A stretch of DNA of 64,000 nt from Xanthobacteraceae bacterium (GCA_036264635.1 DATAQN010000250.1:4730-68729); one strand, 5' to 3'. Shown: positions 34,960 through 43,458, numbered from the stretch's first letter. Made by a program: numbers and translations. Notes: a model not told the origin generated them from the sequence alone.

Positions 34960-35726
34960 TGGAGACGGCCGTGCAGCCGACGATCCTGGTCACCGGCGGC
35001 GCCTCGGGAATAGGCTTCGCGATCGTCGAGGCCGTGCTTGATGCGGGCTGGCGCGCAATGATCGCCGATATCGAGCCGCGCAATCTCGCATCGGCCCGGC
35101 AGGCGCTTGGCGAGCGCGGCGATCTCCGTTTCGCGCAGATCGATGTCGCCGACGAGAATGCCGTCGTCAAATTGGTCGCCGATTGCGCGCGCGATTTTGG
35201 CCCACTCACCGGTGTCGTGAACTCGGCCGGCATCGGCCGCAACATCCCGGCGCTCGACACCAGCGCTGCGATTTTCCGCCACGTTCTCGACGTCAATCTC
35301 GTCGGCAGTTTTGTCGTTGCGCGTGAAGCCGCGAAAGCCATGCGCGGCCATGGCGGCAGCATCATCAATCTCGCGTCCATATCCGGCGTGACCGGCAACG
35401 AGGGCCGTGCCGCTTACGGCGCGTCGAAGGGCGGAGTGGTGGTCCTGACCAAAGTGCTAGCCGTCGAATTCGCGCCGCTCGGCGTGCGGGTCAACGCCAT
35501 CGCGCCGGGACCGATCGAGACGCCGATGGTGGCGGCGATGGTGTCCGATGCAGACCGCGCGGTGTGGCTCGCGCGCTTGCCGCAACGCCGCTATGGCGCA
35601 CCGTCTGAGGTCGCGAGTGCCGCGCTGTTTCTGCTCGATGCTGCGAAATCCGGCTACATCACCGGCCAGACGATCTGCATCGACGGCGGCTTCAGCGCCA
35701 CCGGCACGATGAGCGCTCGCGCCTAG
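34959..35726 (+). CDS. Short-chain dehydrogenase/reductase (SDR)
   Basis: ATG overlaps the ligase TGA (gtgATGa). TGGASGIG cofactor motif and catalytic YGASKGG. The track shows it fused to an out-of-context upstream frame. Confidence 0.9.
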   Translation: METAVQPTILVTGGASGIGFAIVEAVLDAGWRAMIADIEPRNLASARQALGERGDLRFAQIDVADENAVVKLVADCARDFGPLTGVVNSAGIGRNIPALDTSAAIFRHVLDVNLVGSFVVAREAAKAMRGHGGSIINLASISGVTGNEGRAAYGASKGGVVVLTKVLAVEFAPLGVRVNAIAPGPIETPMVAAMVSDADRAVWLARLPQRRYGAPSEVASAALFLLDAAKSGYITGQTICIDGGFSATGTMSARA

Positions 35727-35764
35727 AGCGAAATCGTTTTATATCGAATCGATTGTCGCTCTAG
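35723..35764. repeat. Short palindromic element (ctagagcga...tcgctctag)
   Basis: ctagagcgaaatcgttttatatcgaatcgattgtcgctctag. The arms ctagagcga/tcgctctag and aatcg/cgatt pair. It begins inside the SDR stop codon. Confidence 0.75.
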
Positions 35765-35774
35765 CATTTTGATG

Positions 35775-35823
35775 GAGCATGATCTTTTCGGAAAACCGGT
35801 GTCCACTTTTCCGGATCATGCTC
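35775..35823. repeat. REP-like palindromic element, family 1, short form
   Basis: gagcatgatcttttcggaaaaccggtgtccacttttccggatcatgctc. Its reverse complement aligns with the copies at 13844 and 17017. Confidence 0.8.
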
Positions 35824-35832
35824 TAACGCTGG

Positions 35833-36504
35833 TCAGGCGAGATTCAAGCGCGCGGTAGGCAGGTCGATCAAGCCGCGGATCATGATGTTGAAGGCGACTA
35901 CGATCCGCTCTTCGGTCTCGTCGGCAGATCCCTGCTCAACGGAATGGGGAATATGGCTTGGCCAGATCACCATGCGGCCCTTCTCGGCGGGCACGATGAA
36001 GACGTCCGAATTCAACTCATTCTTGCGCCAAAAGGTGGGCTCGAGGTTCTTCGATAGGAGCCGCGGCGAGGCGAATGCCGTCGATCCGCAATTCTTCGGT
36101 GTCTTGATATAGACGAGGCCACTCAACAGGCAGTTTGGATGCATATGCATGAAGTGACGGCGATTGGGATTGGCGATATTCGCACACATGTTGGTGATGT
36201 AGTGGGAATCCCGCTTTATCGCCATCGTGTCGAATATGATTCCGGATTCCTCCATGATGACGTCGACCAGATCCTTCATCTCAGGGAGCGTCTGGATGTT
36301 GTCCGGCGTCATGTAAGCGAGGATCGCCCCTTCCGGAGAAAACACGCCTTTGCCGGCGGCGCGCAACTCCTGGAGCTTTTTCTCGATACGGTCGCAGAGG
36401 CTGATGTCCGGCAGCTTTCCCGTAAACATCGGAGTCGGGAAAAGCATGTACATCTGCTTCGCCGTAAGCTCCTTCGCGTCCGACTTCTTCGGGATGTCGA
36501 GCAT
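35833..36504 (-). CDS. 2OG-Fe(II) oxygenase-like protein (TIGR02466 / 2OG-FeII_Oxy_5 type)
   Basis: LFPTPMFTGKL..., HMHPNCLLSGLVYIKTP and VIWPSHIPHSV fit the H-x-H...H facial triad of this family. The start is uncertain (36504, 36453 or 36624). A counted 60-nt line is 48% G+C. Confidence 0.7.
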   Translation of the reverse strand: MLDIPKKSDAKELTAKQMYMLFPTPMFTGKLPDISLCDRIEKKLQELRAAGKGVFSPEGAILAYMTPDNIQTLPEMKDLVDVIMEESGIIFDTMAIKRDSHYITNMCANIANPNRRHFMHMHPNCLLSGLVYIKTPKNCGSTAFASPRLLSKNLEPTFWRKNELNSDVFIVPAEKGRMVIWPSHIPHSVEQGSADETEERIVVAFNIMIRGLIDLPTARLNLA

Positions 36505-36853
36505 TGCAGGTCGTGCCTTGGCAGTATTTTGCGCGACTGTTCTTCGGGCAACTGAAGGCTGCCGACAAGGCTTGGCCGTGCATAGCAGCCCATTGGCGAG
36601 AATGTGCGCAGGGAGAAATTCCAAAATATATGTCTGTGGCCGTAAATCGACGGCGCTAACGCGTAAATTTAAGATAAACTATATAGAGAATGTGACGATC
36701 GCGAACGTGTACGGATTGGCCAGTGTGGCAAAGTCACGTTGATTGGAATCTTGCCTGACTCCCATGCTCGATCGGTATCGCGATGATGCATTGCGAACTT
36801 TTCAAGCAGCGCTGGCGCAAGTTTGATCAGGAAATAATTGCGCACTGGGCAGT

Positions 36854-37948
36854 TCAGTGGATCGCTTGGGCCGCAGCGGCGATGTGACGTTGTTCGAGCC
36901 GGACGACGCTATGAAATGCCCGCACCAGGTCCTGGTCGAGCTTAGGGCCCATGTCGAGGAGGATCTTATAAGCCTCCGATCCCGGCAGCGGCGGCTTGTA
37001 CGATCTGTGCTCGATCAGCGCGCCGAAGATGTCGGCGATGGTCATTACTCGCACCAGATCGGTAATTTCGCGGGCGTGCAGGCCATGCGGGTAGCCGGAG
37101 CCGTCGAGATATTCGTGATGATGCACCACGATGTCGAGCATTTCCTTGTGCAGCCCCGCCACGGTCTCCAATGCCTTGAAGCCAAATTCCGGGTGCCGCC
37201 TCATGATGTCCATTTCGCGCTCGTCGAGACGACCCGGCTTTTCGAGAATGGCGACTGGAATCCGCGCTTTGCCGATGTCGTGAAGCATGCCGGCACAGGA
37301 CAGACGCTGTCGGTCGGTCCGCGAAGCCCCGATCTCTTGGCCGAAGGCTACCGCCACTCCAGTGACGAGCAGGCAATGCTGATAAGTCGCGCTGTGGTGC
37401 GTGCGTACCGTCTCGATCCAGGTATTGAGCCCCTGTGTCTCGACGTGACTGACAATAGCGCGGTTGGTTGAATCGAGCGCTTCCGTATTGAGCGCCTCGC
37501 CAAGGCATGCCGAGGCGAACACGTTGTGCAACGTATCGATCGCCGTTGCGACCGCCGGCGAACTCCCAATTGTTGCATTGTCGGGATCGGCGGACAGCGC
37601 CGCGACATCGCCCCATAGGATCGTCAGCAGATCGTGCGCGGTGAATGGACGTGCGAGAATGTCGGTCGCGCCGAGAGCGAAGGCTCTGGCTTGCTCGAGA
37701 TGTGAAGCTTTGTCGATCGCGAATATGGCTTTTGTTTTGGCGGGCTTGCGCATCAGCCACGCTTTGACCTCTTGCAAGTGCGACGCACTCGCCAGGTCGA
37801 TATCGATCAGAACCGAAGCGGCGGGCGGCGAACTCAGCGCCAGATCAAGCGGCTCCAGCTCGAGATCAATAACACCATTGAGCTGGCCGCGCAGGGCCTT
37901 ATAGCCGAAAACCGACTCGGCGATGAGGGTCAGGTGGTGTGTGGACAA
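36854..37948 (-). CDS. HD-GYP domain protein with degenerate N-terminal receiver-like domain
   Basis: TTG start. The HD-GYP core has MLHDIGKARIP and HHHEYLDGSGYPHGL. The N-terminal ~115 aa have a REC-like layout (VLIDIDL...DILARPF) but lack the conserved Lys and the acidic pair. Confidence 0.88.
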   Translation of the reverse strand: MSTHHLTLIAESVFGYKALRGQLNGVIDLELEPLDLALSSPPAASVLIDIDLASASHLQEVKAWLMRKPAKTKAIFAIDKASHLEQARAFALGATDILARPFTAHDLLTILWGDVAALSADPDNATIGSSPAVATAIDTLHNVFASACLGEALNTEALDSTNRAIVSHVETQGLNTWIETVRTHHSATYQHCLLVTGVAVAFGQEIGASRTDRQRLSCAGMLHDIGKARIPVAILEKPGRLDEREMDIMRRHPEFGFKALETVAGLHKEMLDIVVHHHEYLDGSGYPHGLHAREITDLVRVMTIADIFGALIEHRSYKPPLPGSEAYKILLDMGPKLDQDLVRAFHSVVRLEQRHIAAAAQAIH

Positions 37949-38414
37949 GCTGGCTCTTCGAGCAAATATTCGGTTTAGTCTCTAGACCGCAATTTGCGTT
38001 ACTCAGGCCAGCCGCCAAATGCTAGCCCCCAGCAAGCAAGCTAATTTGAACAGATTTAAAAATCCTATAAGCGATACTATGAACAACAAACAAATATCGG
38101 CTCAACGAAAAGCGCGCGCAATCGTGTGAGGTGAGGCGGGAAGGATAATTGCCAGGCAATGCAATAAAGCGATTGCCGTTGCGGGCCTACTGCCATCAAC
38201 GAGCCCTGAGCCTATAACAGGGGCAAGCTCTACCTATAACAGGGATTGTCCTCGGTTGTGATGGCTCCGTGCGGCAAACGGTCGTACGGCGCAGTAACGA
38301 GAGGGAGGGGCAGGGGGAAAATGCGTAGCCGGCACCCCAGTTTTGCATCGGCGGCCGCTGTGATTATGATGAAGCCGAGGCAAGGAACGAAACCGGGCAA
38401 AATCGGGGAGCGTC

Positions 38415-38642
38415 ATGCGAAAGTCTATCATTGCGCTGGTCATGGGCGGTGCGGCTTTGGCGATGGCCGTCCCGGCTCCGGTACAGGCGCATTGGCGCCA
38501 TACGCACTGGCGCTGGCACCACGTCTGGCATCGCGGACCGTCGTACTATCCACCCTACGCGTACTATGACGCCAATCCCTATGGGCCGGCCTGCGCTTGG
38601 AATCGCTCGTGGGACGGCTATTGGCATCGCGACTGCTTCTGA
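38415..38642 (+). CDS. Small secreted His/Trp/Tyr-rich protein
   Basis: 75 aa. RBS GGGGAG. Signal peptide MRKSIIALVMGGAALAMAVPAPVQA. The mature 50 aa contain 7 His, 7 Trp, 8 Tyr and 2 Cys. Confidence 0.6.
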   Translation: MRKSIIALVMGGAALAMAVPAPVQAHWRHTHWRWHHVWHRGPSYYPPYAYYDANPYGPACAWNRSWDGYWHRDCF

Positions 38643-38684
38643 GCGCGCCGGGCATTCATTCATCTCAGCGATCGGGGCGGCACG

Positions 38685-38855
38685 CTAGAATCCGGCGACG
38701 GCTTCAAGCGTCTTGCCGGCCGCCGCCTGCGCGCGATGGCGTGCTTCGATCTGCGCGGCGGTATCGCGCAGCGGCGCAATCTCCTTGGCGAATTCTGGCC
38801 GCGCCGCGAGCCGCTCTTTCCAAGCCCAAACGTGAGGGTGAAGCCGCTCAGCCTT
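38685..38855 (-). pseudogene. Possible remnant of a glutathione S-transferase C-terminal region
   Basis: Translation ...AERLHPHVWAWKERLAARPEFAKEI... resembles the end of a GST C-terminal domain. No N-terminal domain precedes it, and the ORF runs into the AT-rich TetR promoter. Confidence 0.3.
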
Positions 38856-38943
38856 GATTTTATATCGAGTGTTATATAATTTCCGCGATCGAATTGGAAG
38901 ATCTGCCGCACACCAATCTTTGTGGAGGAGGCAGCGCACCGCC

Positions 38944-39552
38944 ATGCCGCGACCGAGAGAGTTCGACGAGAATGCCGCGCTCGAAGCCGCGATGGAGTGC
39001 TTCTGGCGACGCGGTTATGAGGCGACGTCACTGCGCGATCTGACGGCGTCGATGGGCTTGACCGCCCCGAGCCTCTACAATGCCTTCGGCGACAAGGAAA
39101 AATTGTTCGCGCGCGCGTTGGACCGCTATCTCGACCGCACCACGCGCGAGCGGCTGCGCCGGCTCGAAGAGACGCTGGCGCCCAAGGAGGCGATCCATCG
39201 TTTCTTTGCCGAGATCGTCGAACACTCGGTCAAAGACCGGCAGCGCAAGGGCTGCTTTCTGGTGAACTCGGCGCTTGAAGTGGCCCCGCACCATGCCGAT
39301 TGTCGGGCCGTGATCGCCGCGCAATTCGATGACCTCGAAGCTTTTTTCAAGCGATGCATTCGCGCGGCGCAAGCCGACAAAACGATTCCGCCGAGCGTTG
39401 ATGCCGACGACACCGCGCGCCTGTTGCTCGGCGTGCTGCTCGGCATTCGCGTCCTGGCACGAAACAAGCCCGATCGCGATGTGCTCGAGGGCGTGGTGCG
39501 GCCGGCACTGGCGCTGCTCGATCCGCCGCGCCGCAAGAAACGCCAAGAGTGA
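38944..39552 (+). CDS. TetR/AcrR family transcriptional regulator
   Basis: ATG 38944 follows GGAGGAGG. HTH segment GYEATSLRDLTASMGLTAPSLYNAFGDKEKLF. Confidence 0.88.
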   Translation: MPRPREFDENAALEAAMECFWRRGYEATSLRDLTASMGLTAPSLYNAFGDKEKLFARALDRYLDRTTRERLRRLEETLAPKEAIHRFFAEIVEHSVKDRQRKGCFLVNSALEVAPHHADCRAVIAAQFDDLEAFFKRCIRAAQADKTIPPSVDADDTARLLLGVLLGIRVLARNKPDRDVLEGVVRPALALLDPPRRKKRQE

Positions 39553-39563
39553 AGAGGAAAACG

Positions 39564-40262
39564 ATGATCGACCTTTATTATTGGACGACGCCGAACGGTC
39601 ACAAGATCACGATCTTTCTCGAGGAAGCGGCGCTGCCGTACCGGATCGTGCCGGTCAATATCAGCAACGGTGAGCAATTCAGGCCTGAATTCCTCGCCAT
39701 CTCACCGAACAATCGCATGCCGGCGATCGTCGATCACAAGCCGAAAGATGGCCGCGAGCCGATCTCGGTCTTTGAGTCTGGCGCCATCCTTGTCTATCTC
39801 GCGGAGAAGATCGGCAAATATCTGCCCAACGGCTTTCGCGATCGCGTCGCGGTGACGCAATGGCTTTTCTGGCAGATGGCGGGGCTCGGACCGATGGCCG
39901 GCCAGAACCATCACTTCGCGCATTATGCGCCCGAGAAGATCCCCTACGCGATCGAGCGCTATGTGAAAGAGACCAACCGTCTCTATGGCGTGCTCAACAG
40001 GCAGTTGGCGGATCATGAATTCGTGGCCGGCCGCTATTCGATCGCCGACATGGCGACCTATCCGTGGATCGTTCCCTACGAACTGCAGGGCCAGCGGCTT
40101 GAGGACTTTCGGCATCTCAAGCGCTGGTTCGAAACCATGCGCGAACGTCCGGCGGTGAAGCGCGCTTATGCACGCGCCAAGGAAATCAATATCGCGCCGA
40201 CGGTGAGCGAGGAATCAAAGAAAGTCCTGTTCGGCCAGACAGCAGCGGTGGTTGCGCAATGA
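39564..40262 (+). CDS. Glutathione S-transferase (Nu-class, YfcG/YghU-like)
   Basis: MIDLYYWTTPNGHKITIFLEE...ISPNNRMPAIVD...FESGAILVYLAEK. Confidence 0.9.
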   Translation: MIDLYYWTTPNGHKITIFLEEAALPYRIVPVNISNGEQFRPEFLAISPNNRMPAIVDHKPKDGREPISVFESGAILVYLAEKIGKYLPNGFRDRVAVTQWLFWQMAGLGPMAGQNHHFAHYAPEKIPYAIERYVKETNRLYGVLNRQLADHEFVAGRYSIADMATYPWIVPYELQGQRLEDFRHLKRWFETMRERPAVKRAYARAKEINIAPTVSEESKKVLFGQTAAVVAQ

Positions 40263-40951
40263 CGCTTCGTCTTTACGACCTTGCCGGCGCCGAGCCGGAC
40301 CGCCGGTTCAGCCCTTATTGCTGGCGCATCCGGCTTGCTCTGGCGCACAAGAACCTCGGCGTCGAGACGATACCTTGGCGCTTCACCGAGAAGGCGGAGA
40401 TCGCGCCATCCGGCCAAGGCCTGGTGCCTGTGCTGATCGACGGCGACAAATGGATCGCCGATTCCTGGGCCATCGCGAATTATCTCGAGGACGCGTATCC
40501 GGATGCGCCGTCATTGTTCGGCGGACCTGCCGCGCGCAGCTTGACCCGGCATTATTCGAGCTTTGCCGACAGCCTTGTCGCTGCGATCTTTCCCTTTGTC
40601 GCGCTCGACATCCTGGGACACGTCGCCGACCAGGATCGGGACTATTTTCGCTCGACCCGTGAGAAGCGCGTCAGCAACACACTCGAGGCTTTTGTTGCTG
40701 ATCGCGACAGCAAGCTGGCTGCGTTTCGGGGAAGCCTTGCGCCGCTGCGCGCGACCCTGAAAACGCAACCGTATTTTGGCGGCGAAGGGCCGCTCTACGC
40801 CGATTACGCGATCTTCGGTCCGTTCCAGTGGGCACGTTGCATCAGCCCCTTCGTGCTCTTGGAAAAGGACGATCCGGTTCGCTTGTGGCGCGACCGGTTG
40901 CTTGATCGGTTCGACGGCTTGGCGCGCAGAGCACCGGCCTATGACGTCTGA
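40259..40951 (+). CDS. Glutathione S-transferase family protein (Cys-type N-terminal domain)
   Basis: 4-nt overlap with the previous GST. LYDLAG...FSPYCWRIRLALAHKNL...GLVPVLIDGDKWIADSWAIANYLE. Confidence 0.8.
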   Translation: MTLRLYDLAGAEPDRRFSPYCWRIRLALAHKNLGVETIPWRFTEKAEIAPSGQGLVPVLIDGDKWIADSWAIANYLEDAYPDAPSLFGGPAARSLTRHYSSFADSLVAAIFPFVALDILGHVADQDRDYFRSTREKRVSNTLEAFVADRDSKLAAFRGSLAPLRATLKTQPYFGGEGPLYADYAIFGPFQWARCISPFVLLEKDDPVRLWRDRLLDRFDGLARRAPAYDV

Positions 40952-40992
40952 TCCGTAGTTTTTCAACAACAGCAGGTGTCAGTGAGGTTGTC

Positions 40993-41646
40993 ATGTCCCT
41001 GAAGCAGCAACTCGCCGAATATCGCGCCGGCTGGTTCAAGCGCGTGCCCGCGGAACGGCAGGCGATCATGGAGCGGCATATCGAAGGGCTACGTAACGGC
41101 ATCGCCAAGACGGTGCTGAAGATTGGAGATCGCGCTCCGGCCATTGTGCTCGGCAACGCCAAGGGCGAAACAATCGATGTCGGATCGTTTTTGCAGAAGG
41201 GAGCTGTCATTGTCACGTTCTATCGCGGCGGTTGGTGCCCTTACTGCAATTTCGAGCTGCGGGCGTTTCAGCAGATTCTTCCCGAGATCAAGGCGACCGG
41301 CGCATCATTGGTGGCAATCAGTCCTGAAAAACCCGACGACACACTGTCGACGGCGGAAAAGAACGCGCTCAGCTTCGAAGTGCTTAGCGATATCGGACAG
41401 AAGGTCGGCCGTGCTTTCGGCCTGGTCTATGACTTCAGTGACGAGTTGAAGTCCGCCTATAAAGAGTTCGGGATAGACATTCCGGGCAAGAATGGCGCCG
41501 AGGAATGGGCGCTGCCGATCTCGGCCACTTACGTGATCGATCGCGATGGCACGATCATCTACGCCTATACCGATGCCGATTATCGCGACCGTGCTGATCC
41601 AGCCGATGTGCTCACGGTGTTGAAAGCAACGGCCGCCGCAGCATAG
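40993..41646 (+). CDS. Peroxiredoxin-like (AhpC/TSA, redoxin fold) protein
   Basis: GDRAP...VIVTFYRGGWCPYCNFELRAFQ is the thioredoxin-fold active-site context. Confidence 0.85.
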   Translation: MSLKQQLAEYRAGWFKRVPAERQAIMERHIEGLRNGIAKTVLKIGDRAPAIVLGNAKGETIDVGSFLQKGAVIVTFYRGGWCPYCNFELRAFQQILPEIKATGASLVAISPEKPDDTLSTAEKNALSFEVLSDIGQKVGRAFGLVYDFSDELKSAYKEFGIDIPGKNGAEEWALPISATYVIDRDGTIIYAYTDADYRDRADPADVLTVLKATAAAA

Positions 41647-41658
41647 CTTTCAGCGCCG

Positions 41659-42672
41659 TCAATCCAGCGTAACATGCGCGGTGGTGATCACGTTCTTCCA
41701 CAGTTCGGTCTCTTGACGGAAGTAGGCCGCGGTCGCCTGCGGTGTGCCGCCGACCGGCTCCGCTTGGAGATTAGCGAGACTTTTCAGGATGGCCGGATCG
41801 TGCAGCGCCTCGTTCACCCCGGCGTTGACCTTGTCCGCGACGGCCTGCGGCGTTCCTTGCGGCGCGACGATCGCGTACCAGGCAGCGGCGGCGAAACCCG
41901 GCAGGGTCTCGGCAATAGTCGGCACGTCGGGCAGGCTTGCCATGCGCTGCGGCGAAGCGACCGCGATCAGCTTGAGCTTGCCTGATTTAACCAGCTGCAT
42001 CGAGACGCCGAGATTGTCGAACATGCAATCGACGCTGCCGGCGATCAGATCGTTCAGCGCCGGCGCAGAGCCACGATAGGGCACGTTCTGCAATTTTACT
42101 TTTGCCATCATCTGAAACAGTTCGGACGTCAGGTGCGAGGTGGTGCCGTTGCCTTGCGTGGCGTCCGTGACCTTGCCGGGATTGGCCTGCGCATAGGCGA
42201 TGAAGTCCTTCACGGTATTTGCCGAGATCTTGTCCGGATTGACCACGAGCGCATTCGGCACGCGCCCGATCACGACAATAGGCACGAATTGCGTGGGATC
42301 GAAGCCAAGCTGCGGATAGAGATTTTGATTGATGACCAAAGGCGGCGGCGGCGCCGACAACAGCGTGTAGCCGTCGGGGTCGGATTTGGCGACGAACTCG
42401 GCGCCGATATTGCCGCCTGCGCCGGTGCGGTTCTCGAGCACAAACGGCTGCCCCCACTTCTTTGACAGCCATTCGGCGATGATGCGCGGCACGACATCGG
42501 CCGTGCCGCCAGCAGGGAAGGGCACCACGATCTTGACCGGGCGGGAGGGGTAATCGTCGGCGCGGGCGGACGCCGTAATCAGGCCCGTCAGCGGCAGCGC
42601 CAAGGCGAAAACCACGACCAAAAAATTTGCTGCGCCGCGAGAAAAGCCGGCCCTAACATATGTCGCCATCAT
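41659..42672 (-). CDS. Bug family (TctC-like) tripartite tricarboxylate transporter substrate-binding protein
   Basis: 337 aa with a signal peptide. YPSRPVKIVVPFPAGGTADVVPRIIAEWLSKKWGQPFVLENRTGAGGNIG is the canonical Bug N-terminus. Confidence 0.9.
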   Translation of the reverse strand: MMATYVRAGFSRGAANFLVVVFALALPLTGLITASARADDYPSRPVKIVVPFPAGGTADVVPRIIAEWLSKKWGQPFVLENRTGAGGNIGAEFVAKSDPDGYTLLSAPPPPLVINQNLYPQLGFDPTQFVPIVVIGRVPNALVVNPDKISANTVKDFIAYAQANPGKVTDATQGNGTTSHLTSELFQMMAKVKLQNVPYRGSAPALNDLIAGSVDCMFDNLGVSMQLVKSGKLKLIAVASPQRMASLPDVPTIAETLPGFAAAAWYAIVAPQGTPQAVADKVNAGVNEALHDPAILKSLANLQAEPVGGTPQATAAYFRQETELWKNVITTAHVTLD

Positions 42673-42849
42673 ATTTTTCTTTGTTCCGTGAGCGTTTCCA
42701 GGCCGCGGAACTTAGCCAAACCGGTCCCTTGCCGCCAGCGCGTGATGGTCGCGGTGGGCTTTTTGGACCAGTCACCGGAGATTTGCTCTAAAGAAACACT
42801 TTGCTGTCACGATTGGGGCTTAACGCGCTACGGGGTGTGGTGGGGTCTC

Positions 42850-43326
42850 ATGTCGGGAAAAGTTGTTGCCGTTGTTGCGTTTGCGAGTTTGGCGGTTGGC
42901 CTAGCGGCTTGCGCCAATACCGGACCGAAGGAAGCCGGCGGCACTGCCGCAGGCGCCGTTGCCGGCGGCGTCATCGGCAATCTGGTCGGCGGCAGCGCGG
43001 GCAACCGGCTGGCTGGCACGGTGATCGGCGCCACAGTCGGCGGCCTGATCGGCAATCGTGTCGGCGCTTCGCTTGACGACGAGGACAGGCGGCGCGCTTA
43101 CGCGGCGCAGATGCAGGCGCTCGACACCGGCCCCTCGGGCGCACCTGTAGCGTGGCGCAATCCGGACGACGGACGCTACGGGAATGTCGTGCCGGGTCCC
43201 GCCTATCAGGCCAACGGCGCCACATGCCGGCAATACACCGAGACGATTTACATCGACGGCCGACCCCAGACTGCGCGCGGTACAGCCTGCCGTAATCCCG
43301 ACGGCACCTGGACGGCGGTCGAGTAA
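42850..43326 (+). CDS. Outer-membrane surface-antigen-type lipoprotein (glycine-zipper N-terminus)
   Basis: ATG 42850. Lipobox VGLAAC. Gly-zipper GAVAGGVIGNLVGGSAGN...GATVGGLIGN. The C-terminal CRQY...ARGTACRNPDGTW is typical of 17-kDa surface antigen homologs. Confidence 0.75.
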   Translation: MSGKVVAVVAFASLAVGLAACANTGPKEAGGTAAGAVAGGVIGNLVGGSAGNRLAGTVIGATVGGLIGNRVGASLDDEDRRRAYAAQMQALDTGPSGAPVAWRNPDDGRYGNVVPGPAYQANGATCRQYTETIYIDGRPQTARGTACRNPDGTWTAVE

Positions 43327-43458
43327 GACGGGCGCGCGCCGCGAGCGGTGTTACGGCGTCGGACGGCGCTCTTGCAGTATAGCGTTCGGTTTGATCTTCT
43401 TTTGCAATTGTTGCCGGCCGCGTGAGTTCCTCTTCAAAATAATTTGGGAGACTTGAGA

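Noticed and set aside
34464-35726. 420-aa track ORF suggesting a much longer SDR protein
   Set aside because: The first 165 residues are an out-of-frame read-through of the ligase 3' end (Arg-rich). The SDR Rossmann motif begins right after the ATG at 34959, which overlaps the ligase stop.
36738-36752. TTGATTGGAATCTT resembling a FixK/FNR box (TTGAT-N4-ATCAA) upstream of the oxygenase gene
   Set aside because: The second half-site matches only 3 of 5 positions, so it is indistinguishable from chance in AT-rich DNA.
38246-38688. Several 70-107-aa ORFs overlapping the small secreted-protein gene in other frames and strands
   Set aside because: They have no RBS or signal features and their composition is Arg/Gly-rich. 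Only the 38415-38642 frame has an RBS plus a canonical signal peptide.
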